The position numbers were made by a program, and so were the translations under genes. From Ferruginibacter sp. (lineage in GTDB: Bacteria; Bacteroidota; Bacteroidia; Chitinophagales; Chitinophagaceae), in NCBI GenBank assembly GCA_039920245.1, contig JBDSEE010000120.1:27036-91035 (forward strand): a DNA stretch of 64,000 nucleotides, in the 5' to 3' direction. The notes below the pieces were generated by a model, which was given only the letters and a program-made list of their open reading frames with translations, was not told the origin of the DNA and searched no databases. Every line of letters starts with the position of its first letter. Position 1 is the stretch's first letter. This document shows positions 1 through 9,200 of the stretch, piece after piece.

Positions 1-1
1 T

Positions 2-499
2 CATGTTATAAATGCGATGAGAAAATGTAATAAACTGATCATTGCACGTGTGCAAGGCAAGTGTGTGGGCGGAGGCGTAGGGCTTGTATGTGCAGCAGAT
101 TATGCCATTGCAACCGACAAAGCGGAAGTGAAGCTTAGTGAATTAGCCGTGGGTATCGGGCCATTTGTTGTAGGGCCGGCAGTAGAAAGAAAAATAGGTA
201 CAGCCGCCTTTAGCGCACTGGCTATTGATGCTAATATGTGGCGCAATAGTGACTGGGCACGCAAAAAAGGAATGTTTGCTGAAGTGCATGAATCAATTGA
301 AAATATGGATGAGTCGGTTCAGCGCCTGGCCGACACTCTTGCACATTCCAATCCATTGGCAATGGCAGCGCTGAAGAAAATTTTCTGGAAGGATACAGAT
401 CATTGGGATTCCCTGCTTCATGAGCGGGCAGCCATCAGCGGTAAACTTATCCTGAGTAGTTTTTCAAAAGATGCCATTCAAAAATTTAAGAGCCGCTAA
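2..499 (+). CDS. Enoyl-CoA hydratase/isomerase (crotonase) family protein, 5'-truncated by the window edge
   Basis: Frame is open from base 2 (HVINAM...). Crotonase motifs GKCVGGGVGLVCAADY and LSELAVGIGP. Confidence 0.9.
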   Translation, partial: HVINAMRKCNKLIIARVQGKCVGGGVGLVCAADYAIATDKAEVKLSELAVGIGPFVVGPAVERKIGTAAFSALAIDANMWRNSDWARKKGMFAEVHESIENMDESVQRLADTLAHSNPLAMAALKKIFWKDTDHWDSLLHERAAISGKLILSSFSKDAIQKFKSR

Positions 500-504
500 A
501 AGCA

Positions 505-526
505 AATCCCCTCAAGAGAGGGGATT
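505..526. terminator. Hairpin between convergent genes
   Basis: AATCCCCTC-AAGA-GAGGGGATT, a perfect 9-bp stem just after the stop at 499. Confidence 0.7.
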
Positions 527-600
527 ATATATCTATTTTTTCCATTGGTTTATCTAATGATTCGTAGGTCCAGGCGATAGTTTAATTATATGATGAATGA

Positions 601-1077
601 TTAGTTGAAGTCATATATCCTATGTGCAGGTGCGAAAAAGAGATTGTTAAAAGCATACAGGATCTTGTTCTTCAATCCCATAGTTTCAACAGGTTTATTC
701 TCAAAGTACTCAGCCTGCATAATTTTCATCTTTACCAATACTAACCTGTTAGCGGTACTCTTGCTATAGTTACTCATATCCAAAAACTTGTCTTCTTCGT
801 CTTCAATAATTACAGCTCGTCCTCCCAGTTGCAAACGACAATCAGTCCCTTTTTTGTAGTAATCAAGATAAGCGTAAAACGATTTATCGATCTGTTGTTT
901 GTAATCACCTGTGCATGAAGTCAGGAACCAAATATTTCCTTCATCATCCACCTTTAATGTTTGAATTATATTATTTGGTAGTTGTAACTCAGAGTTGATT
1001 TCTGATTTAAACAATGCTACTTTAATATCATCAATTTTTGATTTAAGGAATCCCAGGTTTTCGTCGAAGTGTTGCAT
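601..1077 (-). CDS. Pyridoxamine 5'-phosphate oxidase-like / general stress protein 26-like FMN-binding split barrel
   Basis: LKSKIDDIKVALF...TLKVDDEGNIWFLT...LQLGGRAVI pattern; 158 aa. Confidence 0.7.
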   Translation of the reverse strand: MQHFDENLGFLKSKIDDIKVALFKSEINSELQLPNNIIQTLKVDDEGNIWFLTSCTGDYKQQIDKSFYAYLDYYKKGTDCRLQLGGRAVIIEDEEDKFLDMSNYSKSTANRLVLVKMKIMQAEYFENKPVETMGLKNKILYAFNNLFFAPAHRIYDFN

Positions 1078-1106
1078 AAGGCGTGTTTTTAATTACAGAT
1101 TAAAAT

Positions 1107-1121
1107 TCAAAGCATGTACCA
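1107..1121 (-). promoter_or_regulatory. Sigma54-like -24/-12 element (TGGTACATGCTTTGA)
   Basis: GG-N10-GA, 30 nt upstream of the ATG at 1077; one of about 10 similar elements in the island. Confidence 0.5.
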
Positions 1122-1160
1122 ATTCTTTTGATGAGTTTTTATAAAGTTTTTTTGATTCTT

Positions 1161-1178
1161 TGTAGAAGCTTTTCCTCA
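1161..1178. promoter_or_regulatory. Palindromic candidate enhancer (UAS) TGTAGA-AGCTTT-TCCTCA
   Basis: Same 18-bp motif recurs at 6099, 15476, 19150 and 25272. Confidence 0.55.
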
Positions 1179-1398
1179 TGCTGTGTATTATGAATAGTTA
1201 AAAGCCAATACCAGTTCACGTTTCGGGCAATTAAAAAGAAAATAAGATTCAAAAGATGATGATTTCAGGAAAATGGAAGTGAGGTTTTATTAAGGATAGG
1301 ATGCCTGTTATATTTTTCCAAGAGTTATTTATTCCAGGTTTCGCTGCTTTAGGAATGATTATTAATCATTTGTTCATTTTAGGTTGCGCAAATAAATA

Positions 1399-1413
1399 AG
1401 GCATAGAACTTTC
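1399..1413 (+). promoter_or_regulatory. Sigma54-like element (AGGCATAGAACTTTC) upstream of the topoisomerase IB-Ku-LigD operon
   Basis: Nearly identical to AGGCATAAAAATTTC at 6177; the -12 is non-canonical. Confidence 0.4.
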
Positions 1414-1465
1414 TATACAAAAAAGAAAAGTTTTTAAAAAGCTGGCGCAATAATAAACTTGTAAT

Positions 1466-2554
1466 ATGACAACAACCGAAATAGTAGAAAGCCTGTCACC
1501 AAAAGCAATAGAGAAAATTGTGGATGATCCTGAAAAAACAGCCAGGGCAATAAAACTTGTTTATGTTAATGATGGCGATCCCGGAATTACCCGTGAAAAA
1601 AAGTGGAGCGGCTTCACATATTTTGATGGCGAAAATAAAGTAACCGATGAAGCGACCCTTGCCCGTATAAAAAGCCTTGTATTGCCTCCGGCATGGGAGG
1701 CTGTGTGGATATGTAAAAAAGAAAATGGTCATTTGCAGGCGACTGGTTTGGATATTAAAAAAAGAAAACAATACCGGTATCATCCTTCATGGAATGCATT
1801 ACGGAGTCATACAAAATTTTTTAGAATGCAGAAGTTCGGCACTTTGTTGCCAGCTATCCGTACACAACTGGAAAAAGATCTTTCGCTCCAGGATATGCCA
1901 CAGGACAAGATTATGGCTGCTATTGTTTCGCTGATGGAACGAACCAATATAAGAGTAGGAAATAATGTTTATGAAAAATTATACGGTTCCTTCGGGCTCA
2001 CGACTTTGAAAAACAAGCATGTTGCTGTTAACGGCACCGCTATTCAATTTTCTTTCAAAGGCAAGAAGGGCGTGCAACATAGCATTGAACTCAAAAGTAA
2101 AAGACTGGCTAATATCGTAAACAAATGCCGGGAGATACCAGGAAAAGAATTATTTCAATATATAGATGAAAACGGCGAAAAGCATGCGGTGGATTCTGGT
2201 ATGGTAAATGAATACATTAAAAATATATGTGAGGAGAATTTCACTGCAAAGGATTTTAGAACTTGGGCTGGCACCGTTCATGCATTTTTAGCTTTAAAAG
2301 AAAAAGGATTTGCAGAAACAGAAACAGGCGCAAAAAAAATAATGGTGGAAGCATTGGATAGCGTGGCAAAAAACCTGGGAAACACCCGAACAGTTTGTAA
2401 AAAATATTATGTGCATCCAAGCCTGATGAATTTATACGAGACTGGGGACCTGAAAAAATATTTTAATCAATTGGATGAAATTGAGACTACTCAAGAAAAG
2501 ACCGGCCTTACTTCGGAAGAAAAAATTATCATGAAAATATTAGAAAAACACTAA
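1466..2554 (+). CDS. DNA topoisomerase IB (bacterial, poxvirus-like)
   Basis: RKQYRYH, IRVGN, KDFRTW, LGNT and VCKKYYVHP catalytic motifs; 362 aa. Confidence 0.95.
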   Translation: MTTTEIVESLSPKAIEKIVDDPEKTARAIKLVYVNDGDPGITREKKWSGFTYFDGENKVTDEATLARIKSLVLPPAWEAVWICKKENGHLQATGLDIKKRKQYRYHPSWNALRSHTKFFRMQKFGTLLPAIRTQLEKDLSLQDMPQDKIMAAIVSLMERTNIRVGNNVYEKLYGSFGLTTLKNKHVAVNGTAIQFSFKGKKGVQHSIELKSKRLANIVNKCREIPGKELFQYIDENGEKHAVDSGMVNEYIKNICEENFTAKDFRTWAGTVHAFLALKEKGFAETETGAKKIMVEALDSVAKNLGNTRTVCKKYYVHPSLMNLYETGDLKKYFNQLDEIETTQEKTGLTSEEKIIMKILEKH

Positions 2555-2565
2555 CCATTAACAGC

Positions 2566-2817
2566 ATGGAAAACATAGAAATAACATTAAACTACCGGGG
2601 AGCAGATATCGATATCTTAATAACAGCAGAAGAATATTGTAAGGGCAATATTTATCCCGTAGAAATGAATGGCAGATATGCATGTACGATTTGTATGGAT
2701 GAAAATGAAGATTGGACCATCATGCGTGAAGCAGATGGAACCACACCGTTTATAGAAGGAGATCTTTTAAAACCGCTCTTGAAAAAACTGCAATATGAAT
2801 TACAATATGCAGCTTAA
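2566..2817 (+). CDS. Small acidic hypothetical protein between topoisomerase IB and Ku
   Basis: 83-aa ORF with 11- and 10-nt gaps to its neighbours; resembles the C-terminal half of ORF 24659-25144. Confidence 0.75.
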   Translation: MENIEITLNYRGADIDILITAEEYCKGNIYPVEMNGRYACTICMDENEDWTIMREADGTTPFIEGDLLKPLLKKLQYELQYAA

Positions 2818-2827
2818 ATAAAATATT

Positions 2828-3604
2828 ATGAGACCATTATGGACAGGTGCAATAGGTTTTGGACTGGTTAATATACCCGTCAAACTTTATAGCGCTACAG
2901 AATCAAGCAATCTTGACCTGGATATGCTGGACAAAAAAGATCACAGCAATATAAAATTTAAAAGGGTAAATGAAAAGACAGGCCAGGAAGTAAAATTTGA
3001 AAATATTGTAAAGGGATACATGATCGGCAGCAAGTATGTAGTGCTGGATGACAAGGATTTTGAAAAAGCAAATGCCGTAAAAACAAAGCTGATAGAAATA
3101 AGTGATTTTGTAAATGAATCAGAGATTGACAGTATGTACTATGAAACACCTTATTACCTGGCTCCCGACAAATCCGGAATGAGGCCGTATGCATTATTGA
3201 GGGAAGCATTGATAAAAACAAAAAAAGCCGGCGTGGCAAGTTTTGTAATGAGAAACAGAGAGAACCTGGCGATATTAAGAGCGTCGGGCGATGCAATAGT
3301 TCTTAACAGGATAAGATTTGAGGAAGAGATACGGGAAACAAAAGATCTGGAACTTCCCAAAAAGACGGAAGTGAAACCTGCAGAATTAAAAATGGCTGTA
3401 AGCCTTATTGATCAACTGACAGCGAAATTTGATATTTCAAAATATAAAGATACCTATACCGAAGCGCTGTTGAAACTGATACAGGCAAAATCGAAAGGTA
3501 AAAAAATTGCAACGCCTACTTTAAAGGTTGTGCACAGCAAAACGCAGGATCTTATGGAACAATTAAAAGCAAGTCTTACAACAAAGCGTAAAAAAGCATC
3601 CTGA
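2828..3604 (+). CDS. ku: Non-homologous end-joining protein Ku
   Basis: [31 protein letters not shown] and [10 protein letters not shown] motifs with a basic tail. Confidence 0.97.
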   Translation: MRPLWTGAIGFGLVNIPVKLYSATESSNLDLDMLDKKDHSNIKFKRVNEKTGQEVKFENIVKGYMIGSKYVVLDDKDFEKANAVKTKLIEISDFVNESEIDSMYYETPYYLAPDKSGMRPYALLREALIKTKKAGVASFVMRNRENLAILRASGDAIVLNRIRFEEEIRETKDLELPKKTEVKPAELKMAVSLIDQLTAKFDISKYKDTYTEALLKLIQAKSKGKKIATPTLKVVHSKTQDLMEQLKASLTTKRKKAS

Positions 3605-3606
3605 TC

Positions 3607-4224
3607 ATGAGCCTGGCAAAGTATAAAGAAAAAAGAAATTTTAAAGTTACCCCGGAGCCATCTTCGGTTAAGAAAGTTGCGACAAAAAAACTTTCTTTTG
3701 TTGTGCAAAGGCACAAAGCTTCGCACCTGCATTATGATTTCAGGTTAGAGATGGATGGGGTTCTTAAAAGTTGGGCGGTACCAAAAGGTCCCTCTTTAAA
3801 TCCTGCTGATAAGCGGCTCGCCATGATGGTAGAGGATCATCCATACGATTATAAAGATTTTACAGGCATTATTCCTGAAGGCAATTACGGCGCAGGCATC
3901 GTGGAGATTTGGGACAAAGGAAGTTATACGGCATTAACAGACGATGCTAAAGCAGATGATGAAAAATTATTGAAAGCCGGTCTGAAAGCAGGCAGCCTGA
4001 AATTTGTATTGAAAGGTAAAAAGCTAAAAGGCGAGTTTGCCCTTGTAAAACTAAAGAACAATAAGGCAGGAGATAATTCCTGGTTACTGATAAAACATAA
4101 CGATGCATTCGCCGTGCAGGATGAATATAATAGTGAAGAAGAAACTCCCGCCAGTTCTCCCATAAATAAATGGCTTGCTGAAAATAAGAAACCTGCAAAA
4201 AAAAAAGCTTCTTCACAGCAGTAA
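3607..4224 (+). CDS. ligD: LigD 3'-phosphoesterase (PE) domain protein, possibly the N-terminal part of a frameshifted LigD
   Basis: FVVQRHKASHLHYDFRLE, LKSWAVPKGPS, EDHPYDY and GNYGAG. Confidence 0.93.
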   Translation: MSLAKYKEKRNFKVTPEPSSVKKVATKKLSFVVQRHKASHLHYDFRLEMDGVLKSWAVPKGPSLNPADKRLAMMVEDHPYDYKDFTGIIPEGNYGAGIVEIWDKGSYTALTDDAKADDEKLLKAGLKAGSLKFVLKGKKLKGEFALVKLKNNKAGDNSWLLIKHNDAFAVQDEYNSEEETPASSPINKWLAENKKPAKKKASSQQ

Positions 4225-4259
4225 AATCTAGTCGGAAACTTACATCATATATTAAACCA

Positions 4260-6095
4260 ATGCTTGCCAAAGAAACGGACAAGCCATTTGATAATGAAGA
4301 ATGGATATATGAAATAAAATGGGATGGTTATCGAGCCATAAGTGAAATAAATAATAATGCCGTAAAACTCTATTCACGCAATGGCAATGATTTTTCTGGC
4401 AAGTTCCCTCTTATAATAAATGATTTAAAAAAAATAAAACATGATGCTGTTTTAGATGGAGAAATCGTTGTGCTAAATGAAGAAGGTTTTCCTGATTTTC
4501 AGAAAATACAGGATTATGAATCAAACACCCATTTTCCCCTGATCTATAATGTATTTGATCTATTGTCGCTGGACGGAAATGATTTGTACCATATCCCATT
4601 AATTGAACGTAAGGCCCTCTTAGAAAAATTACTGAAGAAAAATGAAGTAATCAAATACTCAGATCATGTAACGGGAAACGGTAAAATCTTTTTTGATGCG
4701 GCTGCGGAAAAAAACCTGGAAGGAATAATGGCTAAAAAAGCTGACAGTGAATATCATCCGGGTGCAAGGTCAAATGATTGGTTAAAAATAAAAAACCATA
4801 AAACTGCAGATGTAATTATAGCAGGTTATACTGAGCCAGGCGGATCGAGGGAATATTTTGGGTCGCTTGTATTGGGCATGATGAAAAAGGGTAAATTGGT
4901 TTATGCCGGCAATGCAGGAACTGGCTATAATGAAAAGACACTTGCAGACCTTCATGGGTTGATGCAGAAAAGAATTATCAAGCAGTCTCCATTCACCGAA
5001 AAAATTCCAGGCAGTCAATACATCAGCTGGGTAAAACCGGAGTTGGTTTGCGAAGTTAAATTCACTGATTGGACAAAAGATGAAAAATTAAGGCACCCTG
5101 TTTTTTTGCAATTAAGAAATGATAAACCCATAAAAGAAACTGACATGGAAAAGCAAAAGCCCGTTAAGCTAAAGAAAGAGCCATCATCTGAATTAATCAT
5201 TACGCAAGGGAAAATAAAAGTACCTGTTTCCAATCCGGGCAAATTATATTGGCCTGAAGAAGGGATTACAAAAAAAATGCTGGTGGAATATTACCAGGAG
5301 ATTGCTTCATATATTTTACCATTTTTGAAAAACAGGCCGCAGTCATTAAAGCGAAATCCGAACGGAATAATTGACAATGGATTCTTTCATAAAGATGCAG
5401 GAGAAAAAGCACCTGAATTTGTAAAATCATTTCCTGTGCAATCAGGATCAGCTGATAAAATAATTGACTATATCATTTGTAATGATAAAGCAACTCTTGC
5501 ATATTTAAATAATCTTGGTTGTATAGAACTTAATCCATGGCATAGCACGATTAAATATCCTGGCAAACCAGATTACATGATTATTGATATTGATCCTTCT
5601 GATGAAAATACTTTTGACCAGGTAATTGAGTCTGCTTTAGTATTTAAAAAATATTTAGACAAGGCTGGTGTGAAATCATTTTGTAAAACTTCGGGCGCAA
5701 CCGGCTTACATATTTATGTTCCGATGGCACACAAATATGAATATGAAGAAGTAAAGAATTTTGCACAGATTTTATGCATGATCGTAAGTGAAGAACTTTC
5801 TTCTTTCACCACAGTTGTTAGAAATTTAAAGAAGCGTGGTAATGATAAAATCTATTTAGATTTTCTACAAAACAGGAGCGGGCAAACCATATCTTCAGTT
5901 TATAGCGTGAGGCCAAAACCGGGTGCAACTGTTTCAATGCCGTTGGCCTGGAAAGATATAAAAGAAGGACTTTCCCCTCAGCAATTTACCATACATAATG
6001 CAGCAAAAATTATCAAAAAAAGACCTGATATTTTTAAGGGTATCCTGGGTCCTGGAGTTAGCATCAATAACTGCCTGAAAAAGCTAAATGCCTGA
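4260..6095 (+). CDS. ligD: DNA ligase D, ligase plus primase-polymerase domains
   Basis: EIKWDGYR adenylation motif, EGIMAK, WLKIK, then a POL domain (SNPGKLYWP, IDIDP, KTSGATGLHIY). The frame is open upstream to 4188. Confidence 0.96.
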   Translation: MLAKETDKPFDNEEWIYEIKWDGYRAISEINNNAVKLYSRNGNDFSGKFPLIINDLKKIKHDAVLDGEIVVLNEEGFPDFQKIQDYESNTHFPLIYNVFDLLSLDGNDLYHIPLIERKALLEKLLKKNEVIKYSDHVTGNGKIFFDAAAEKNLEGIMAKKADSEYHPGARSNDWLKIKNHKTADVIIAGYTEPGGSREYFGSLVLGMMKKGKLVYAGNAGTGYNEKTLADLHGLMQKRIIKQSPFTEKIPGSQYISWVKPELVCEVKFTDWTKDEKLRHPVFLQLRNDKPIKETDMEKQKPVKLKKEPSSELIITQGKIKVPVSNPGKLYWPEEGITKKMLVEYYQEIASYILPFLKNRPQSLKRNPNGIIDNGFFHKDAGEKAPEFVKSFPVQSGSADKIIDYIICNDKATLAYLNNLGCIELNPWHSTIKYPGKPDYMIIDIDPSDENTFDQVIESALVFKKYLDKAGVKSFCKTSGATGLHIYVPMAHKYEYEEVKNFAQILCMIVSEELSSFTTVVRNLKKRGNDKIYLDFLQNRSGQTISSVYSVRPKPGATVSMPLAWKDIKEGLSPQQFTIHNAAKIIKKRPDIFKGILGPGVSINNCLKKLNA

Positions 6096-6098
6096 CAC

Positions 6099-6116
6099 TG
6101 TGGAATTATGTCCACA
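6099..6116. promoter_or_regulatory. Palindromic candidate enhancer TGTGGA-ATTATG-TCCACA
   Basis: Perfect 6-bp arms, about 70 bp upstream of the sigma54-like box at 6177. Confidence 0.6.
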
Positions 6117-6176
6117 TTCAATTTCCGGGTCTAATATTTTGAAAGCCTGGAAGCTATGTGCAGTAAGGGCTAAAAA

Positions 6177-6191
6177 AGGCATAAAAATTTC
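6177..6191 (+). promoter_or_regulatory. Sigma54-like element (AGGCATAAAAATTTC) upstream of tamB
   Basis: 60 nt before the ATG at 6251. Confidence 0.4.
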
Positions 6192-6250
6192 TTATTATTA
6201 CACAACCTGTTGAATATTAATCATTGAGCAATTCACAGGGATTCATTTTC

Positions 6251-9200
6251 ATGGCAAATACGAAGCTTATTTTACGCAAGACCGGAAGGGTGTTTTTATA
6301 CATCCTGTTATGCGTTTTCATGCTTGTACTCCTTGCATATATTTTTATAAATCTCCCTGTTGGTAAAAGAGTAGTTAGAAATAAGGTTCAAAGTTTTTTG
6401 CAGGAAAAACTGCATACAAAGGTGGCGATTGGCAGTGTTGATTACAGCCTTCCTCAATGGCTAAAGATAAAAGGAGTTTATATTGAAGATCAGCAAAAAG
6501 ATACCCTTGCTTATGGTGAAGAAATTTCTGCCGATCTTGATATGATCAAACTTATGTTTGGTTACACAGACATTGAGAAGTTATATTTTAAAAATATTTT
6601 GTTGAAAGTTAATCGGGGTGAAAATGATACTTCTTTCAATTATAGATTTGTGTTGGATGCATTCACGGGAAATAAGTCGACTACATCAATTCCTGATACA
6701 GCTGCTCTAAAACTTACATTAAATCACTTGGTCTTTGATAATGTTGCCTTGCATTTTTCTGACGAAAAAGTAGGAACAAATTTCAAAGCAAGTATAAAAG
6801 TGCTTAATGCAACGCTCACAAGATTTCAACCCGATCGTGTTCAATTTGGCCTGAGTGATTTTTATGCAAAGGGTATAAATTTCAAAATGAATTCATACAA
6901 GGAAATTATTCCAGACACAACTGTAATTGCTCCTCCAGATTCGATGACCTTACCGGCTTATGCCTTGTTTATTACGGCAAAGAAATTTAACCTGCAGGAT
7001 GTAAATGTTTCTGTAAGCAATTCTGTAAATGGAATGGATTATGGAAACAACATCAACCACCTTGGATTTAGTAATGTCATTTTTAGTTTGGGTCAGTCCA
7101 TTGCTATTGCAGATAGTGCAGTACTTGATAGTTCAATAATAAAGCTGGCGCTGCCCGTCACTGCAAAAAATAATAAAACAGATACGGTTGTTAGTCAGCC
7201 ATGGCTTATTAAACTTGGCCAATTAAATATGCGACAGAATGAAATTGCGTTTGATGATATTAATGAACCCAAGAAGGGTGGCTTCGATGCATTTCATATC
7301 GATCTGCAAAATGTAAATACGGATATTCAATCTTTTCTCTACAGTTACGATACTTTGAAAGGTACGGTACGTAATTTTTCCTTTAAAGAAAAAAATGGCT
7401 TTAGTGTAGACAGCCTGCATGTAAATTATTTACAAACTCCTACTCAACTTACTGCTACCGAATTATATTTTAAAACTCCCCAGACCCTGTTGCGTGATAA
7501 AATTGAATTAACTTTTGATACGGCATCTGCAACCAAAGCATTAAGAACAAAAAACAGTATTGTAGCAGCCACCATAAGTAATAGTGTAATTGCATTTAAT
7601 GACCTGTACCAGGTGATGCCATCCATAAGATCCAGTTTTCCACCTTCAAAATTTGCAAACCTTAGTCTTCATATCAACACAGAACTAAGAGGAAATCTTG
7701 AACATATTTATTTGCCATACCTGCAACTAAGCGGCCTTACAGGTAGCAGCCTGAGTGCCCACGGAAATCTATACAATGTTTCAGAACCCCGTTTCTTTTC
7801 TTACGATCTTATTATTGAGAAAAGCAGGATAACAAAATCTGACCTGCTCAAGTTTATACCGGCAGGAAATGCAGCTGCCATGCAAAAGATCCCTTCCGTA
7901 TTTTCATTAAGTGGTCATATAACCGGCAACTCGAATAACGTTGTTGCTGATGTAAAAACATCGGCCCAAGGTGCATCATTCAATGGCAGGATTGCTTTAC
8001 ATAATATTTCAAATCCTGCATTACTTACCTACGATTTGGATATCAGGTCGGCAGATATCAATAAGAATTTTATCATGGCATTTTTGCCTCCCGGATCAAT
8101 TCCTTCGCAAATAAACCTCCCGGAAAATATTAAGGCAACCGGTACTATAAAAGCAACGGATAACAGCGTAACGTTGAACACCAGGTTAAATACAAGTTAT
8201 GGCAAGGCAAATGTAAAAGGCTACCTGAATAATTATAAAAACCCTGAGCTGGTAAAATACGATCTTGATATGAATCTCGCAGGCTTTAATGTAGGAAGGC
8301 TGATAAGACAGGATAGTATACTTGGATTAGTGAGCGGTCATGTAAATGCAAAAGGCAGGGGATTCAATTATAAAACTATGGTATCGGATATTAATGGAAA
8401 CCTGGATGCATTGACATACAAAGGCTATACATACCATGATATTTTATTTACTTCCAGCTTTAAAAACGGAATTATTAATAGCGAAGGAAAAGTAAATGAT
8501 GATAATCTTCGCATGAAATATAATTTGCTGGCAAATGTACAAGGTGAATATCCTACAGTAGATGCTAAGGTAAGAATTGATACAGTACAGCTACAGGCAT
8601 TGCATTTTTACTCAGACACTTTGAATGCATCTTTTACTGCAGACATAAAAATGAATGATACGAGGCCAAGAAACCTTGATCTGCATGTAATCATCGACAG
8701 CACATTCCTTCAGTTAGGCACAGAAAAATCATTCTTGGATAGCATGGTGCTTGTGGGTACAAGCAGTGCAGGAATTGATGATATCAGGTTCACAGCTCCG
8801 TTTGCTGAAATTCATGCAAATGGTGCATTTGATTATGATAAGGTAGGCACATCGCTGGCACAATACATTAATAATTATTATAAATTCTCAAATACAAAAC
8901 CCGTTACTATTCCGGATCAGCAGTTAACTTTCGAGGCCAATATTCAACGCCACCCCATTGTATTGTATGTTGTACCTGGTTTGTACGATTATAAGGATAT
9001 AAATATCAAGGGAAGTTATTCATCAGCATTGCAGGATAGTGCATTGAATTTTACAGCTTCGCTGCCTTATGTTTTTTATGGCGATTACATTTTACGATCA
9101 GGAAGAATAAATGTTGCATCCAGGAATGAAAAATTGAATTACGATTTAAAATTGGACACGTTAAGTTTTTCTAAGTACACCTTTTATGGGAATTCGGTTA

